From Deltaproteobacteria bacterium (GTDB taxonomy: Bacteria; Myxococcota; Kuafuiibacteriia; Kuafuiibacteriales; Kuafuiibacteriaceae), in NCBI GenBank assembly GCA_040218735.1, contig JAVJQW010000003.1:85148-149147 (forward strand): DNA of 64,000 bases, in the 5' to 3' direction. Below are positions 9,379 through 19,255 of the stretch, one piece after another. The position numbers and the translations under genes were made by a program. Under the pieces are notes generated by a model. That model saw nothing but the letters and a program-made list of their open reading frames with translations. It ran no database searches and was not told where the DNA came from. How positions within the stretch are numbered: the stretch's first letter is position 1; the number at the start of each line of letters is the position of its first letter.

Positions 9379-10674
9379 GTGAGCGAGAAGTTCGTCATCG
9401 AAGGTGGGTCGCCCATCAGCGGCACCATTCGTCCCAGCGGTAACAAAAACGCCGCGCTGCCGCTCGTCGCGGCGACACTCCTCACCGACGAGGAGGTCGT
9501 CCTCAGAAACCTCCCCGACATCCGCGACGTCCGCGTGCTCACCGAGATCGTCGAGCAGCTCGGCGTCACCGTCTCGCACCGCGAGCCCGGCGTCGTCTCG
9601 TTCACCGCGAACCGCGTCAACGGCAAGGAGCCGGACGCCAGCCAGTGCATGCACATCCGCGCGTCGGTGCTGCTCGCCGGCCCGCTCGTCGCGCGCCGCG
9701 GACACGTCGAGCTCCCGCCCCCCGGCGGCGACGTCATCGGGCGCCGCCGCCTCGACACCCACGTCCTCGCCCTCGAAGCGCTTGGTGCGAAGTCCGAGTA
9801 CGGCCCGAAGACCTACCGCTTCACCGCGCCGGGCCGCCTGCAGGGCGCCGACGTCTTCCTCGACGAAGCCTCCGTGACCGCGACGGAGAACGCGATCATG
9901 GCGGCCGCGCTCGCGGAGGGGACGACGATCCTCGAGAACGCCGCGGGTGAGCCGCACGTGCAGGACCTCTGCCGATTGATCAACGCGATGGGCGGATCGA
10001 TCCGCGGCATCGGGACGAACCGCCTCGAGATCGAAGGCGTCGAACGCCTGCACGGCGCCGACTACACCCTCGGCCCGGACTACATCGAAGTCGGCTCGCT
10101 CATCACCCTCGCCGCGGTCACCGGCGGCGAGCTGCGCATCCTCGACGCGCGCCCCGAGGAGCACCGCTCGACGCGGATCGCTTTCAAGAAGATCGGGATC
10201 GAATTTCACGCCGGAGAGAACGGCCGCGACATCGTCGTGCCCGGCGGCCAGCGCATGAAGGTAGCCGAAGATCTCGGCGGCGCGATCCCCAAGATCGAAG
10301 ACTCACCGTGGCCCGGCTTCCCGGCGGACCTCACGTCGATCGCCGTCGTCGGCGCGACGCAGAGCGAAGGCACGGTGCTCATCTTCGAGAAGATGTTCGA
10401 GTCGCGCCTGTTCTTCACGGACCGCCTCGCGTCGATGGGCGCGAAGCTGATCCTCTGCGACCCTCACCGCGTCGTCGTCAGCGGCAAGTCGAACCTCATC
10501 GCGCAGGAGCTCGTCAGCCCGGACATCCGAGCGGGCATGGCGCTGGTGATCGCTGCGCTGTGCGCCGAAGGCACGAGCGTCATCCACAACGTGCAGCAGA
10601 TCGATCGCGGCTACGAACGCATCGACGAACGCCTCAACGCCCTGGGCGCAAAGATCCAGAGAAGCCCCGGCTGA
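9379..10674 (+). CDS. murA: UDP-N-acetylglucosamine 1-carboxyvinyltransferase
   Basis: [26 protein letters not shown] (Asp at the Cys115-equivalent position), WPGFPAD, DIRAG, IDRGYE. Confidence 0.96.
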   Translation: MSEKFVIEGGSPISGTIRPSGNKNAALPLVAATLLTDEEVVLRNLPDIRDVRVLTEIVEQLGVTVSHREPGVVSFTANRVNGKEPDASQCMHIRASVLLAGPLVARRGHVELPPPGGDVIGRRRLDTHVLALEALGAKSEYGPKTYRFTAPGRLQGADVFLDEASVTATENAIMAAALAEGTTILENAAGEPHVQDLCRLINAMGGSIRGIGTNRLEIEGVERLHGADYTLGPDYIEVGSLITLAAVTGGELRILDARPEEHRSTRIAFKKIGIEFHAGENGRDIVVPGGQRMKVAEDLGGAIPKIEDSPWPGFPADLTSIAVVGATQSEGTVLIFEKMFESRLFFTDRLASMGAKLILCDPHRVVVSGKSNLIAQELVSPDIRAGMALVIAALCAEGTSVIHNVQQIDRGYERIDERLNALGAKIQRSPG

Positions 10675-10698
10675 ATCCGCCGCATCCCGAATCACAAA

Positions 10699-10790
10699 CC
10701 TAGCCCCAGCCCCAGCCCTTCGAGGCTCGGCGAGGCCGCGGCAAAACGGAGGCCTCAACGCTGGGAGGGCGAGGGCTGGGGCGAGGGGGT
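10699..10790. repeat. REP-like palindromic element, family B copy 1
   Basis: CCTAGCCCCAGCCCCAGCCCTT...AGGGCTGGGGC between convergent genes; homologous to 52031-52139. Confidence 0.65.
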
Positions 10791-10806
10791 CCCCTGGTCG
10801 CGGCCT

Positions 10807-11724
10807 CTAGCGCGCCACCGCAACGCTCTCCGCAACCTGATGCCCCAGATGCACCGCCATCCCCGGGTGCCGCTTCGCCAACGCGATCAGCGCATTCAGG
10901 CTCTCCGCGTTCGCCTCGTGATCCGCCGTGAACGACCCCGGCTCCACGCCGTGGTCCCACCCCCACGCGGTGTGTGAAGTATCGCCGACGATCAACGCCG
11001 GCCCCTCCGTCGTGCGCGCCACGAACGCCAGGCTCCCGGGCGTGTGCCCCGGGACGTGGATCGCGAACAGGCTCCCGTCGCCGAACACGTCGACCACCGC
11101 GCGCGGCGCGACTTCGAGCTCGCGCAGATCCAACCCGTCGAGCGCGCGATCCGTGGTGCCCTGCACGAACATGTACGAGAACATCGACGCCTCGTGCTCG
11201 CCCGGTCCCACGTAGACCGGCGTCCCGTCCGGCACGTCCGGCAGCCCCATGATGTGGTCGATGTGCAGGTGCGTGAGGAACACCCCCGCCGGCGCGCCGT
11301 TGTCCGCGATCCACGCGCGCGTGTCGCGATGCACCACCAGCTTCTCCATACCCATGACCGACGCAACCAGCGACGACAGCGCCGAGTCGTCCGCGTCGCC
11401 GTCGACCAGCGCCTGCTCCACGCCCGAGTCGACGAAGAACGCGCCCCGCTCCGGGTGGTGCAACACGTACAGATAGATCTGGATCGGCTCCTCGCCGTCC
11501 TCGAGCCCCTCCGCCTCCGGGTGGTCGAGGTTGATCAACCCACCGCGCTCCACGGCCCAATCCGCCGCGACCACCTTCTCCAGACGGATGGGCCCCGGCG
11601 CCGCCAGCGACGCCTCCATCACCTCCATCGACACCACGGGGCCGAGCTCGGCGGGGCGCGTCGTCGCGGAGGTCACGCTACAGCCGACGCAGGACAGGGA
11701 CAGGAGCCAAACGCTTCGATTCAT
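10807..11724 (-). CDS. Metallo-beta-lactamase-fold hydrolase lipoprotein (AHL-lactonase-like)
   Basis: THLHIDH, PGHTPG, VGD and C-terminal GH; lipobox CVGC. Confidence 0.85.
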   Translation of the reverse strand: MNRSVWLLSLSCVGCSVTSATTRPAELGPVVSMEVMEASLAAPGPIRLEKVVAADWAVERGGLINLDHPEAEGLEDGEEPIQIYLYVLHHPERGAFFVDSGVEQALVDGDADDSALSSLVASVMGMEKLVVHRDTRAWIADNGAPAGVFLTHLHIDHIMGLPDVPDGTPVYVGPGEHEASMFSYMFVQGTTDRALDGLDLRELEVAPRAVVDVFGDGSLFAIHVPGHTPGSLAFVARTTEGPALIVGDTSHTAWGWDHGVEPGSFTADHEANAESLNALIALAKRHPGMAVHLGHQVAESVAVAR

Positions 11725-11789
11725 GGTGTCCATTTTGGGCATCCGATTCCAGATGGAAATCCGCTAAATTCGGATGCACCCATTCGATC

Positions 11790-12695
11790 ATGCATATCCC
11801 CTGGAACGACGTCGCTCTCTTCCTCGCCGTCGCCGAGACCGCGAGCTTCTCCGCCGCTGCGCGTCGGCTCGGGCTCGGCCAGCCGACGATCAGTCGCCGG
11901 ATCGCCCAGCTCGAGGAGCTCCTCGAACGCGCCCTCTTCTTCCGCGGCGCGGAAGGCGCCCAGCTCACCGCGGCCGGCGAGCGGCTCCTCCCGGTCGCGC
12001 GCCGGATGGCGGAGTGCGCCGGAGAGCTCGAACGCCTCGCGACCGACGACGATCCCACGCCCGAGGGCGTCGTCCGCGTCGCCGCGCCGCCCGGGATCGC
12101 GTTCGATTTCCTCGCCCCCTTCGCCGCGCACCTCGCGAAGCGAAGCGCCGGGCTGCGACTGGAGGTCCTCGCGAGCGTCACGCACCTCGACCTCCTCCGC
12201 AACGAAGCGGACCTCGCGCTCCGCACCAAGAAGCCCACGCTCCACGAGCTCGCGTGCCTCGCCGAGGTGCAGGTCCCCGCGCGCGCGTTTGCGTCGAAGG
12301 ACTACGTCAAACGCCTCCGGCCGAAGTACGGCCCCGCGGACGTCGACTGGATCACGTGGGCGCCGCCGTACCACAACCTGCCCCCGCGACCGCAGCTGGA
12401 GAAGCTGATCGAAGGGTTCGAGCCGTCGTTCACATCCGACAGCTTCCTGGTGCAACGCGCCGCCGCCGAGGCCGGGCTCGGCGCGATGTTCGCGGGGATC
12501 GTCGACCACCGCTTCGTGCGCCGAACCCGGCTCGTGCCGCTCGACCTCGACTTCGGCGTGGTGTCGTCGACGTACCTCGTGTGCGCGCAGACCATGGTGC
12601 GCGTCCCGCGCGTGCGCGCGGTGATCGACCTGCTCCTCGAGGAGATCGGACGCACCGAGGGCATCGAGCTGACCGTGCAACTGGACCCGACTTGA
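11790..12695 (+). CDS. LysR-family regulator
   Basis: SFSAAARRLG..QPTISRRI..LE HTH, LT.AGE; divergent from the MBL gene. Confidence 0.95.
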   Translation: MHIPWNDVALFLAVAETASFSAAARRLGLGQPTISRRIAQLEELLERALFFRGAEGAQLTAAGERLLPVARRMAECAGELERLATDDDPTPEGVVRVAAPPGIAFDFLAPFAAHLAKRSAGLRLEVLASVTHLDLLRNEADLALRTKKPTLHELACLAEVQVPARAFASKDYVKRLRPKYGPADVDWITWAPPYHNLPPRPQLEKLIEGFEPSFTSDSFLVQRAAAEAGLGAMFAGIVDHRFVRRTRLVPLDLDFGVVSSTYLVCAQTMVRVPRVRAVIDLLLEEIGRTEGIELTVQLDPT

Positions 12696-12726
12696 CGCGC
12701 GGCGCGAGGCGCGCAGGCTGGGCGCC

Positions 12727-13419
12727 GTGCGCACCGCCGTCGTCGCTCTCGTCACCCTCCTGATCGGGTTCGCGCTCGGGTGGGCGCTCAAACCCACGCC
12801 CTCGCCCGTCGCCGCTGCCTCCACCGAAGCGATCGCGCGCACCGAGACACGCGTCGTGACGAAGACCGTCGAGGTCCCCGCCGCGAAGCGCGAGCGCGCA
12901 ACCCCCTCGCTCGAACACCAGGTCCAGCAGCTCACCGTCGACAAGGCCGCCGCCGAGGCACGCGTCGCGGAGCTCGAAGCGCAGCTCGACAACCAGCGCG
13001 CAGTGACCAAGCAGCTCGAAGGTCGCGCGATCGCGTGGCCGGACGGCGTCGATCCGCGCTTCACCGAGCCGCGCTTCCTCGCTGCGCTGAACGACGCGAT
13101 GGCGAAGGAGAAGCTCCCCGGTGAGGTCCGCGGCCTCGACTGCACGGAGTTCCCGTGCATCGCGCACGGTCAGCTCGAGCTGGACAACCCGCGCGACCGC
13201 GAGAAGCTCGAGCGCCTCTTCGCTTCGATGAAGAGCCGGTATCCGGGCGCCGACTTCTACATCTCCCAAACCGTCCATACCGACGACCCCAACGGCAGCG
13301 ATCCCGCGCAGCAACGCTTCTCGATGTCGTTTTATCCGCCCGAGAGCGACGACGAGGCCCGACGCGCGATGAACGTGCGGTTGCGCAGCCGAAAGAACGC
13401 ATACGTCGACGCGGAATGA
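12727..13419 (+). CDS. Membrane-anchored coiled-coil hypothetical protein
   Basis: N-terminal TM, coiled coil, DCTEFPC motif, coding-like codon bias. Confidence 0.7.
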   Translation: MRTAVVALVTLLIGFALGWALKPTPSPVAAASTEAIARTETRVVTKTVEVPAAKRERATPSLEHQVQQLTVDKAAAEARVAELEAQLDNQRAVTKQLEGRAIAWPDGVDPRFTEPRFLAALNDAMAKEKLPGEVRGLDCTEFPCIAHGQLELDNPRDREKLERLFASMKSRYPGADFYISQTVHTDDPNGSDPAQQRFSMSFYPPESDDEARRAMNVRLRSRKNAYVDAE

Positions 13420-13500
13420 CGATCCGGCCCCCGCGCGACGTCCAACGTCCGTGGGTGCGTTGACAGAGCCTCGACCTCTCCGTACGGGTGGAAGGTCGTC

Positions 13501-14268
13501 ATGAGAGGCATTCGGCTACTCGGATTCACGATGCTCGCGGCGCTCGTCGCGGGCCCCGCCGCCGCGAAGACACCGGACGGCTGGGAGTACATCGGGACCG
13601 ACAGCAACGTCACGCTGTACAAGAAGAACGTCGAGGGCAGCGACATGTTCGCGTTCCGCGGCATCACCTACGCGGACGTCCACATCGGGAAGCTCTACGA
13701 AGTCCTCCGGGACCCGGACCAACGCGCCGACTGGGTCGACCGCTACGAGGACGGCGGCACCCTCAAGATGATGGACGACGGACAGGAGTATTGGATCCAC
13801 TTCGGGCTCCCGTGGCCCGTCGCCGACCGCGACTACGTGCTGCGCTCCAAGTCGAAGCTCCTCCCCGACCGCCGCACGCTCATCGTGAACATCAACTCCT
13901 TCGAGCACCCGAAGCGACCGCCGAACGACTGCTGCGTCCGCGCGCTCGCCAAACGCACGTACTACGAGTTCACCGCGATCCCCGGCGAAGAGCGGACGAA
14001 GCTCGTCGTCGAAGTGCACACCGACCCGCGCGGCTCGCTGCCGTCGTGGCTCGTGAACATCATCCAGAAGAAGTGGCCGTCGAAGACCCTCTCGGGCCTC
14101 ATCGCTCAGACGAAGAAGTCGAACCCGAAGCCCAACGTCGCGATGAAGGACTGGCACGACAAGTCGGTCGCCGCCGCCGAGCCCGCGCCCGAGCCAACGA
14201 CGCCCGAAGCGCCCGCGACCGAGACGACGCCCGAGGCCGAAGCGCCCGAGGGTGAGTCCGCGCCCTAG
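13501..14268 (+). CDS. Exported START-domain lipid-binding protein
   Basis: Signal peptide; LPWPVADRDYV and DPRGSLPSWLVN. Confidence 0.88.
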   Translation: MRGIRLLGFTMLAALVAGPAAAKTPDGWEYIGTDSNVTLYKKNVEGSDMFAFRGITYADVHIGKLYEVLRDPDQRADWVDRYEDGGTLKMMDDGQEYWIHFGLPWPVADRDYVLRSKSKLLPDRRTLIVNINSFEHPKRPPNDCCVRALAKRTYYEFTAIPGEERTKLVVEVHTDPRGSLPSWLVNIIQKKWPSKTLSGLIAQTKKSNPKPNVAMKDWHDKSVAAAEPAPEPTTPEAPATETTPEAEAPEGESAP

Positions 14269-14269
14269 A

Positions 14270-14351
14270 CTAGGCTGAGGCCCGGCGCGGAGCGGCGGGT
14301 CCGAAGACTGTGCCAAGGTCACTCGCGAAGCGAGCGACCGTTATGGCTTAG
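14270..14351 (+). repeat. 82-bp dispersed two-hairpin element, family A copy 1
   Basis: Differs from 63496-63577 at two positions; supplies the TAA stop of the convergent GGDEF-EAL gene. Confidence 0.9.
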
Positions 14352-16075
14352 GCCGCCGGCCGCCACGGGGCGGCTTCGAGCATCGTCGTCGCCGCGGACT
14401 GCGGGACGGCCCCCGCGAACAAGAACCCCTGGGCGATCCTGCAGCCCTGGCAGGCGGCGCGCTCCGCTTCGTCCGGCGTCTCGATGCCGAACGCGACCAC
14501 GTCGAGTCCGAGGTGCTCCGCCATCGCGTGCATCGCGCCGAGCACCATGACTTGCTGAGGCTCGCGCGCCGCGGTGAAGCGGCGGTCGAGCTTGATCGTC
14601 GACACCGAATGGCGTGCGAGGCCCGCGACGCTCGAGATGTCGGAGCCGAAGTGGTCGACGACGATGCGAACGCCGATCTCCGAGAGAGACGTGAGGCTCG
14701 CCGCGATGGTCGGTGCCTCGAGGTCCAGCACGGCGGCCGGCACTTCGATCTCCAGCGAGGACGGCGGAACCGAGGCCTTCGCGAGCGCCTTTTCGACGGC
14801 GTCCGGGAAGCGCTTCGATTCGAGCTCGCGGCTCGAGACGTTGACCGCGACCGTGATGTCCGGCCGCACCGTCCGCCACGCCGCGAGGGCGCCGCAGGCC
14901 GAGTCCAACATCTGCTCGCCGGCGGGGACGATCATCCCGGTGCGTTCGAGCGTTCGGATGAACTGGCCGACGTCGACGTTGGCGAGCCGGTCGCTCGGCG
15001 GCCAGCGAATCAGCGCCTCGAAGCCGCGGACGGCCCCCGTCGCGAGGACGATCTGCGGCTGGAAGTACGAGACCAGGTGACCCCGGTCGACGACCTCGTT
15101 GACGGCGCTGTCGAGGGACGGGATCGACGGCGTCTTCGGCCGCATGTCCGTAGAGAACTCCACGACCCGGTTTCGACCGGACCGCTTTGCCTCGTACATC
15201 GCGCGGTCCGCGGCCTGGCAGAGGTCGGTCGTCGACTCCGACGCGTCGGGAAAGAGCGCGACGCCGCAGCTCGCCGACACCCGCACCTCGACGCCGGACT
15301 CGAGCGGAATCGGTTCGGCGAGGCTGCGGATGACACGGTCCGCGAGGGTGGACGGCAGCCGCTCGTCGAAGGGTCCGCTGATCAGGACGACGAACTCGTC
15401 GCCGCCGAGGCGCGCCACGAGATCGTATTCGCGCACGACGTCCTCGAGACGGCGGGCCACGACGCAGAGGACGTGGTCACCGGCGGCGTGACCGTGCTGG
15501 TCGTTGATGGGTTTGAAGAGATCGAGGTCGATGTTGATCAGCGCGACGCGATCGCTCGTGCGACGCGAGCGCGCCATGTCTTGGGCGAGGCGCGACTCGA
15601 ACGCCGCGCGATTCGCGAGCCCGGTGAGCGCATCCTTCATCGCGCGATCGCTCAGCCACAGCTCGTTGCGCTTGCGCGCGACGGCGTAGGTGATGGCGCG
15701 CTTGAGCGCGTTGCGATCCGCCTCGTCCTTGACCAGGAAGTCCTGGGCACCGCGGCCGAGGGCCTCGACGGCGACCATTCGATCGTCCTGTCCGCTCATG
15801 ACGACGAGCGGCGTGTTCGGCGCGATGCGCCGGATGGCTTCGACGGCTTCGAGCCCGTCCGCGTCGGGGAGGCCCAGGTCGGCGACGACCAACGGGTAGA
15901 CGCGCTCCGACAGCAGCTCGAGCGCGAGGTCGAGGCGATCGACGTGGTCGATGATCCACCGCGTCTGATCGCCCTTCAGGTAGGAGCGAACGAGCGCCGC
16001 GTCGCCCGGATTGTCCTCGACGAGGAGGAGCGTCTGAACGTCCTCTCCGTGCTCCTGCTGATGTACCGCAACCAT
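14348..16075 (-). CDS. Receiver-GGDEF-EAL protein (diguanylate cyclase with degenerate EAL domain)
   Basis: LLVEDN..DLGLPD receiver; DALTGLANR, REYD I-site, GGDEF; FEALIRW but DHFG and FGIET. Confidence 0.92.
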   Translation of the reverse strand: MVAVHQQEHGEDVQTLLLVEDNPGDAALVRSYLKGDQTRWIIDHVDRLDLALELLSERVYPLVVADLGLPDADGLEAVEAIRRIAPNTPLVVMSGQDDRMVAVEALGRGAQDFLVKDEADRNALKRAITYAVARKRNELWLSDRAMKDALTGLANRAAFESRLAQDMARSRRTSDRVALINIDLDLFKPINDQHGHAAGDHVLCVVARRLEDVVREYDLVARLGGDEFVVLISGPFDERLPSTLADRVIRSLAEPIPLESGVEVRVSASCGVALFPDASESTTDLCQAADRAMYEAKRSGRNRVVEFSTDMRPKTPSIPSLDSAVNEVVDRGHLVSYFQPQIVLATGAVRGFEALIRWPPSDRLANVDVGQFIRTLERTGMIVPAGEQMLDSACGALAAWRTVRPDITVAVNVSSRELESKRFPDAVEKALAKASVPPSSLEIEVPAAVLDLEAPTIAASLTSLSEIGVRIVVDHFGSDISSVAGLARHSVSTIKLDRRFTAAREPQQVMVLGAMHAMAEHLGLDVVAFGIETPDEAERAACQGCRIAQGFLFAGAVPQSAATTMLEAAPWRPAA

Positions 16076-16172
16076 CTCGTCTCGCCGTGGGATCGAATCG
16101 GCCGCGGGGCCAGGTTCATGAGCGGACAAGCTTGCGACACCCTCCGGCGAGTGGTGCTATCCCCGTACCGCC

Positions 16173-16532
16173 GTGCGAATCCTCTACGTCGACGACAGCT
16201 CGGCGGACGCGATGCTCGTCCGCAGGCTCCTCGCCAAGTCGGCGATCGACGTCGAGCTCGTGCACTGCATGACGCGCGAAGAAGCGGTCGAACACGTCCG
16301 TTCCGGGGCGTTCGACCTCGTCCTCCTCGACGATTACCTCGGGCTCGTCCGGGGCGAGCAGGCCCTCGAAGCCCTCATCGGCGCCGGCTACTCCGGCCCG
16401 ACGGTGATGCTCACGGGGGTCATACGCGAAGGCGCGGAAGCCTCGTTGTCCCATTTGGGCTGTAACGTGTGGCTCGACAAGAACCACCTCGACCCGCAGG
16501 CCCTCGAAGACGCCATCCGCAAGGTCACCTGA
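16173..16532 (+). CDS. Single-domain response regulator
   Basis: ILYVDD, DLVLLD, MLTG and conserved K. Confidence 0.88.
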   Translation: MRILYVDDSSADAMLVRRLLAKSAIDVELVHCMTREEAVEHVRSGAFDLVLLDDYLGLVRGEQALEALIGAGYSGPTVMLTGVIREGAEASLSHLGCNVWLDKNHLDPQALEDAIRKVT

Positions 16533-16593
16533 ACCGTATCGGGAAGAAACACTCGTCGCTCCGCGGGTGCGCCTTTGGTAGTCGAACGGCGCG

Positions 16594-18165
16594 ATGCGCT
16601 GGGCCCTCCCCATACCAATCCTCCTCGCGGCGTGCGCCACGACCCCCGCGCCCACCCCGAAGCTCGACTGCAGCTTGCCCGGGCCACGCGCCGAGGGAGC
16701 CTCCATCGAAGACGCCGCGCGCAGCTACGTCGCGGCATGCGGCCTCGCGCAGACGAGCTCGCTCACTTCGACGCTCGTGACCTTCCCGACCGTGCGCGCC
16801 CGCGAAGGCAAGACCGGCCCGTCCTTCGTCGCGATGCGGCGCTACCTCGAAAAGTGGAGCGAACGACACGGATTCACGTTCGAGAACTTCGACGACGATC
16901 CGTGGGTGATCAGCTGGGGTGAAGGCGACCCGAGCGTCGCGTTTGTCATGCACGCCGACGTCGTCCCCGTCGTGGAGGACGTGAAGGCCGAACGACCGAG
17001 GGTCCCGTCCGGCTGGTCGACAGCACCGTTCGAAGTCGTCGAACGCCAAGGCCGCCTCTACGGACGCGGCACCGAGGACGACAAGGGCCCGATCGCCGCG
17101 GTGCTCAACACGATGGTCACGCTGAAGTCGCTCGGCTACCAACCGCGCGGGAAGGTGCAGGCGATCCTCGGCACCGGTGAGGAACACGACTGGGACGGAA
17201 TGGTCGCCTACGCGAAGAAGGCGCCGCACGCGAAGTTCGTGGTGTCGATCGACGCCAACTTCCCCGTCGTCGTCGCCGAGAGCGGATTCGTGCGCTGGCT
17301 CCTCACCGCGCCGCGCGGTGCCGTCGGCGACGGCTGCGCCGAGGTCACCGAGGCGAAGGCCGGACAGTTCCTCACGCAGGTCCCAGGCGAGGCGCTCCTG
17401 AAGTTGTCCAGTGCGGGCGGGCTCGACATGGCCGCGCAGTCCATCTCGGACCGCGCGAACGTGAACACGCAGATCGAGGGCACGACCCTCACGGTCTACG
17501 GTCGCGCCGTGCACTCCTCCGTCGCCGACGAAGGTGACAATGCGCTGTGGGCCCTCGCGCGCGCCGCCGCGAAGCTCAACCTCTGCGACGGCGGCGTGAA
17601 GCAGCTCCTCGCCACGGTGGCGAAGTACTTCGACGGCGACCACTGGGGCGAGCGCCTCGGCGTGGCGTACGACCACGAGACGATGGGGAAGCTGCTCGTC
17701 GTACCGACGATGCTCCGCGTGGACGAGGACACGGTGACCCTCTCCATCAACATGCGTCGCCCGGCGGGGCGCGACGTCGAAGCGTTCAACGCGATGCTGG
17801 ACACCGCGCTCGAGAAGATCCGCGCGGAGGTTTCGACCGCGATCCACGAGAACCGCGAGCGCCGCTACGTCGGCGAACCGGCGCTCGCCGACACGAAGGG
17901 TCCGCTCGTGAACATCCTCCTCGACATCTACCGAAAGGCCTCCGGCGATCCGAACGCGAAGCCTCTGTCGATCCGCGGCGGGACCTACGCACGCCTGTTC
18001 CCCGGTGCGGTGTCGTTCGGGCCGTCCATCCCGGGCCGTGAGTACCGCGGCCACGCACCCGACGAGTACCTCGAGAGCGAGGCGCTCCAGCTGATGAACG
18101 TCACGCTGCTGGAGGCGCTCCTCCGGCTGGATTCGGAATTCGGACGGACGAATCCGGACGAATGA
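16594..18165 (+). CDS. M20-family (PepV-like) dipeptidase lipoprotein
   Basis: Lipobox LAAC; HADVVP, GRGTEDDKGP, GEE, GGTYAR, H.PDE. Confidence 0.9.
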   Translation: MRWALPIPILLAACATTPAPTPKLDCSLPGPRAEGASIEDAARSYVAACGLAQTSSLTSTLVTFPTVRAREGKTGPSFVAMRRYLEKWSERHGFTFENFDDDPWVISWGEGDPSVAFVMHADVVPVVEDVKAERPRVPSGWSTAPFEVVERQGRLYGRGTEDDKGPIAAVLNTMVTLKSLGYQPRGKVQAILGTGEEHDWDGMVAYAKKAPHAKFVVSIDANFPVVVAESGFVRWLLTAPRGAVGDGCAEVTEAKAGQFLTQVPGEALLKLSSAGGLDMAAQSISDRANVNTQIEGTTLTVYGRAVHSSVADEGDNALWALARAAAKLNLCDGGVKQLLATVAKYFDGDHWGERLGVAYDHETMGKLLVVPTMLRVDEDTVTLSINMRRPAGRDVEAFNAMLDTALEKIRAEVSTAIHENRERRYVGEPALADTKGPLVNILLDIYRKASGDPNAKPLSIRGGTYARLFPGAVSFGPSIPGREYRGHAPDEYLESEALQLMNVTLLEALLRLDSEFGRTNPDE

Positions 18166-18187
18166 GCGGATCGGCCGCCGGCCGCGT

Positions 18188-18203
18188 TGGCCCGCGCGTT
18201 GCT
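18188..18203 (+). promoter_or_regulatory. Sigma-54-type promoter
   Basis: TGGCCCGCGCGTTGCT (GG-N10-GC), 16 nt upstream of ATG 18218. Confidence 0.6.
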
Positions 18204-18217
18204 CTCTCACCGCATCG

Positions 18218-18802
18218 ATGTCCAACGAAACGATCCGACCGAACCTCCCTCGACCGATCATCCAGATGAAGCCCGTCGTGTGCTGCGCCAAGGACGGGCA
18301 CGTCGACTGCACCGTCCCCGCCGAACCGGCCTCCCCGTGGAAGGCGGCGCCCGCCGCCGACGCGGTGCTCGACGGACGCATCACCCAGCGGCGCGGCCAG
18401 TACGGCGGCGCCGTGCGACGCCTCCAGGCCGACCTGGAGCGACACGCACCCGGTGATGCGCCCCTCGCGACGGATGGCTACTACGGCCCGAAGACCGAGG
18501 CGCGCGTGCGTGCGTTCCAGGCGGAGCACGGACTGCAGGTCGACGGCATCGTCGGTGACGAGACGCAGGCGAAGCTCGACGAGCTCACGATGCGCGACAT
18601 CCTCCTCGACGATCGCTTCACGCGGCTCCCCGAGACCACGCAGCGCGCGATACTCGCGCTCGACAAACACGCGACGCCCGAGACGCGGCGACACCTGATC
18701 GCGATGATCACCAGCGAGACGTTCGCCAGGCTCCCCACGGAGGCGCAAGCCAACTTGCTCGAGTGGCGTCCGATCGAAGCGCGCGTCGCGATCGGCGTGT
18801 AG
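18218..18802 (+). CDS. Peptidoglycan-binding (PG_binding_1) domain protein without signal peptide
   Basis: VRRLQ..L...DGYYGPKT...VRAFQ..HGL.VDGIVG..T. Confidence 0.8.
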   Translation: MSNETIRPNLPRPIIQMKPVVCCAKDGHVDCTVPAEPASPWKAAPAADAVLDGRITQRRGQYGGAVRRLQADLERHAPGDAPLATDGYYGPKTEARVRAFQAEHGLQVDGIVGDETQAKLDELTMRDILLDDRFTRLPETTQRAILALDKHATPETRRHLIAMITSETFARLPTEAQANLLEWRPIEARVAIGV

Positions 18803-18805
18803 TCG

Positions 18806-19255
18806 TCAGGCGATCGCGTGCGCCTGCGGGCGCGCGACGGCCGGAACCGGATAACCGTCCGCGCGCGCCAGCTCGGCGACGAGGTCGAGTGACGTCACCA
18901 CGCCGAGCAAGTGTCCGGCGTCGTCGACGACCGCGACCCGGTGCGTTCCGTCCATGACCATCACCGCCGCAGCGTTGGCGAGCGAAGCGTTCTTCGGGAG
19001 CATCGAGACGACCGGCGTCATGATCTGCGCGACAGAGGTCGTCCACGGGTGCCCCGAACGCGACGCGCCCAGCAACGCCGACTTCGTGACGATCCCGACG
19101 AGGACGTTGTCTTCGTCCACGACGGGGATGCCGCCGATCGACGCCTCGAGCACCGCCCCGATCGCCTCGGCGACGCGCGTCTCCGCCGATACCGTGACGA
19201 GCTCGGTCGACATGATCCACGCGACCGGTCGTCGTAACCATTCTTCGTTGCTCAT
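18806..19255 (-). CDS. CBS-domain protein
   Basis: Two CBS motifs: IM..PVVD...LVGIVT and HRVAVVD...LLGVVT..D. Confidence 0.88.
   Translation of the reverse strand: MSNEEWLRRPVAWIMSTELVTVSAETRVAEAIGAVLEASIGGIPVVDEDNVLVGIVTKSALLGASRSGHPWTTSVAQIMTPVVSMLPKNASLANAAAVMVMDGTHRVAVVDDAGHLLGVVTSLDLVAELARADGYPVPAVARPQAHAIA

Noticed and set aside
14270-14351. Hammerhead ribozyme (CTGAGG-stem-CGAAG)
   Set aside because: The core lacks the required CUGANGA and GAAA, and no proper stem I/III with a UH site was found.
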